Shown here piece by piece: positions 31,335 to 32,000 of a DNA stretch of 32,000 nucleotides. Under the pieces are notes generated by a model, which saw only the letters and a list, made by a program, of their open reading frames with translations, had not been told where the DNA came from and did no database searches. Source of the stretch: Pasteurella multocida (lineage in GTDB: Bacteria; Pseudomonadota; Gammaproteobacteria; Enterobacterales; Pasteurellaceae); NCBI RefSeq assembly GCF_900187275.1, contig NZ_LT906458.1:510001-542000 (forward strand), in the 5' to 3' direction. Within the stretch, counting starts at the first letter, position 1. Every line of letters starts with the position of its first letter. The position numbers and the translations under genes are program-made.

Positions 31335-32000
31335 ATGAATAGTAGCATTGTAAAATTGCCTAATAAATATGAGTTAGTGAAAGATACGTTAGTCTTAATT
31401 CTGGCAGGGGGTCGGGGGTCTCGCCTGTATGAGTTGACGGATAAACGTGCAAAACCAGCACTGTATTTCGGGGGGAATCGTCGGATTATCGATTTTGCAT
31501 TATCAAATTGCTTAAATTCAGGTTTAAACCGCATTGGTGTCGTGACACAATATGCGGCGCATTCTTTGCTACGTCATTTACAAAACGGTTGGTCATTCTT
31601 ACCCGCTGAGCGCGGCGAATTTATTGATATGTTACCTGCGCGTCAGCAGATTGATGATTCAACGTGGTACCGTGGTACGGCCGATGCGGTTTATCAAAAT
31701 ATGGCGATCATTCGTGATCATTACTGCCCTAAATATATCCTGATTTTGGCTGGGGATCATATTTACAAACAAGATTATAGCCAAATGTTATTGGATCACA
31801 TTCATAGTGGCGCAAAATGTACAGTCGGTTGTATTGAAGTTGAACGTGAAAAAGCCACGGAATTTGGTGTGATGGCAGTGAATGAAAACTTAAAAGTGAA
31901 GTCATTTGTGGAAAAACCAAAAGATCCACCAGCGATGGTCGGTAAACCAAACACTTCACTCGCCTCCATGGGGATTTATGTGTTTGATGCGGATTATCTT
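31335..32000 (+). CDS. glgC: Glucose-1-phosphate adenylyltransferase (N-terminal part, cut by window end)
   Basis: Translated by eye: [64 protein letters not shown]...[19 protein letters not shown]; GGAGGT upstream of ATG. Confidence 0.96.
   Translation, partial: MNSSIVKLPNKYELVKDTLVLILAGGRGSRLYELTDKRAKPALYFGGNRRIIDFALSNCLNSGLNRIGVVTQYAAHSLLRHLQNGWSFLPAERGEFIDMLPARQQIDDSTWYRGTADAVYQNMAIIRDHYCPKYILILAGDHIYKQDYSQMLLDHIHSGAKCTVGCIEVEREKATEFGVMAVNENLKVKSFVEKPKDPPAMVGKPNTSLASMGIYVFDADYL

Overview
This window looks like an ordinary chromosomal segment of a Pasteurellaceae genome, most likely Pasteurella multocida or a close relative. The assignment rests on protein content, gene order and many copies of the 9-mer DNA uptake signal AAGTGCGGT/ACCGCACTT. 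Gene order: recD 3' end, grxB, a DUF1508 (YegP-like) protein, rplM-rpsI, sspA-sspB, kdsC/kdsD on the minus strand, the RNase P RNA gene rnpB on the plus strand, cutC, a TolC/OprM-type outer-membrane factor, glnS, an AlsT-type Na+/amino-acid symporter, a GNAT/P-loop kinase overlapping pair, the xseB-ispA-dxs isoprenoid block, a torY-torZ-like pentahaem cytochrome/molybdoenzyme operon, thiI, rraB, msrP-msrQ, a YcgN-family protein, and the glycogen/maltodextrin block malQ-glgB-glgX-glgC, with glgC cut by the window end. I found no CRISPR array, transposase, integrase, tRNA, rRNA or defence/toxin island, and no convincing previously undescribed system. The best second-look items are: a perfect FNR-like palindrome placed as a class II promoter element for the torY-torZ-like operon; uptake signals reused as terminator-like hairpins, one just before the YcgN-family gene; convergent overlap of cutC with the rnpB 3' stem; a TetR-operator-like palindrome between the efflux outer-membrane gene and glnS; an approximately 450 bp unexplained gap before malQ; the GNAT/kinase pair; and a structured rplM leader.
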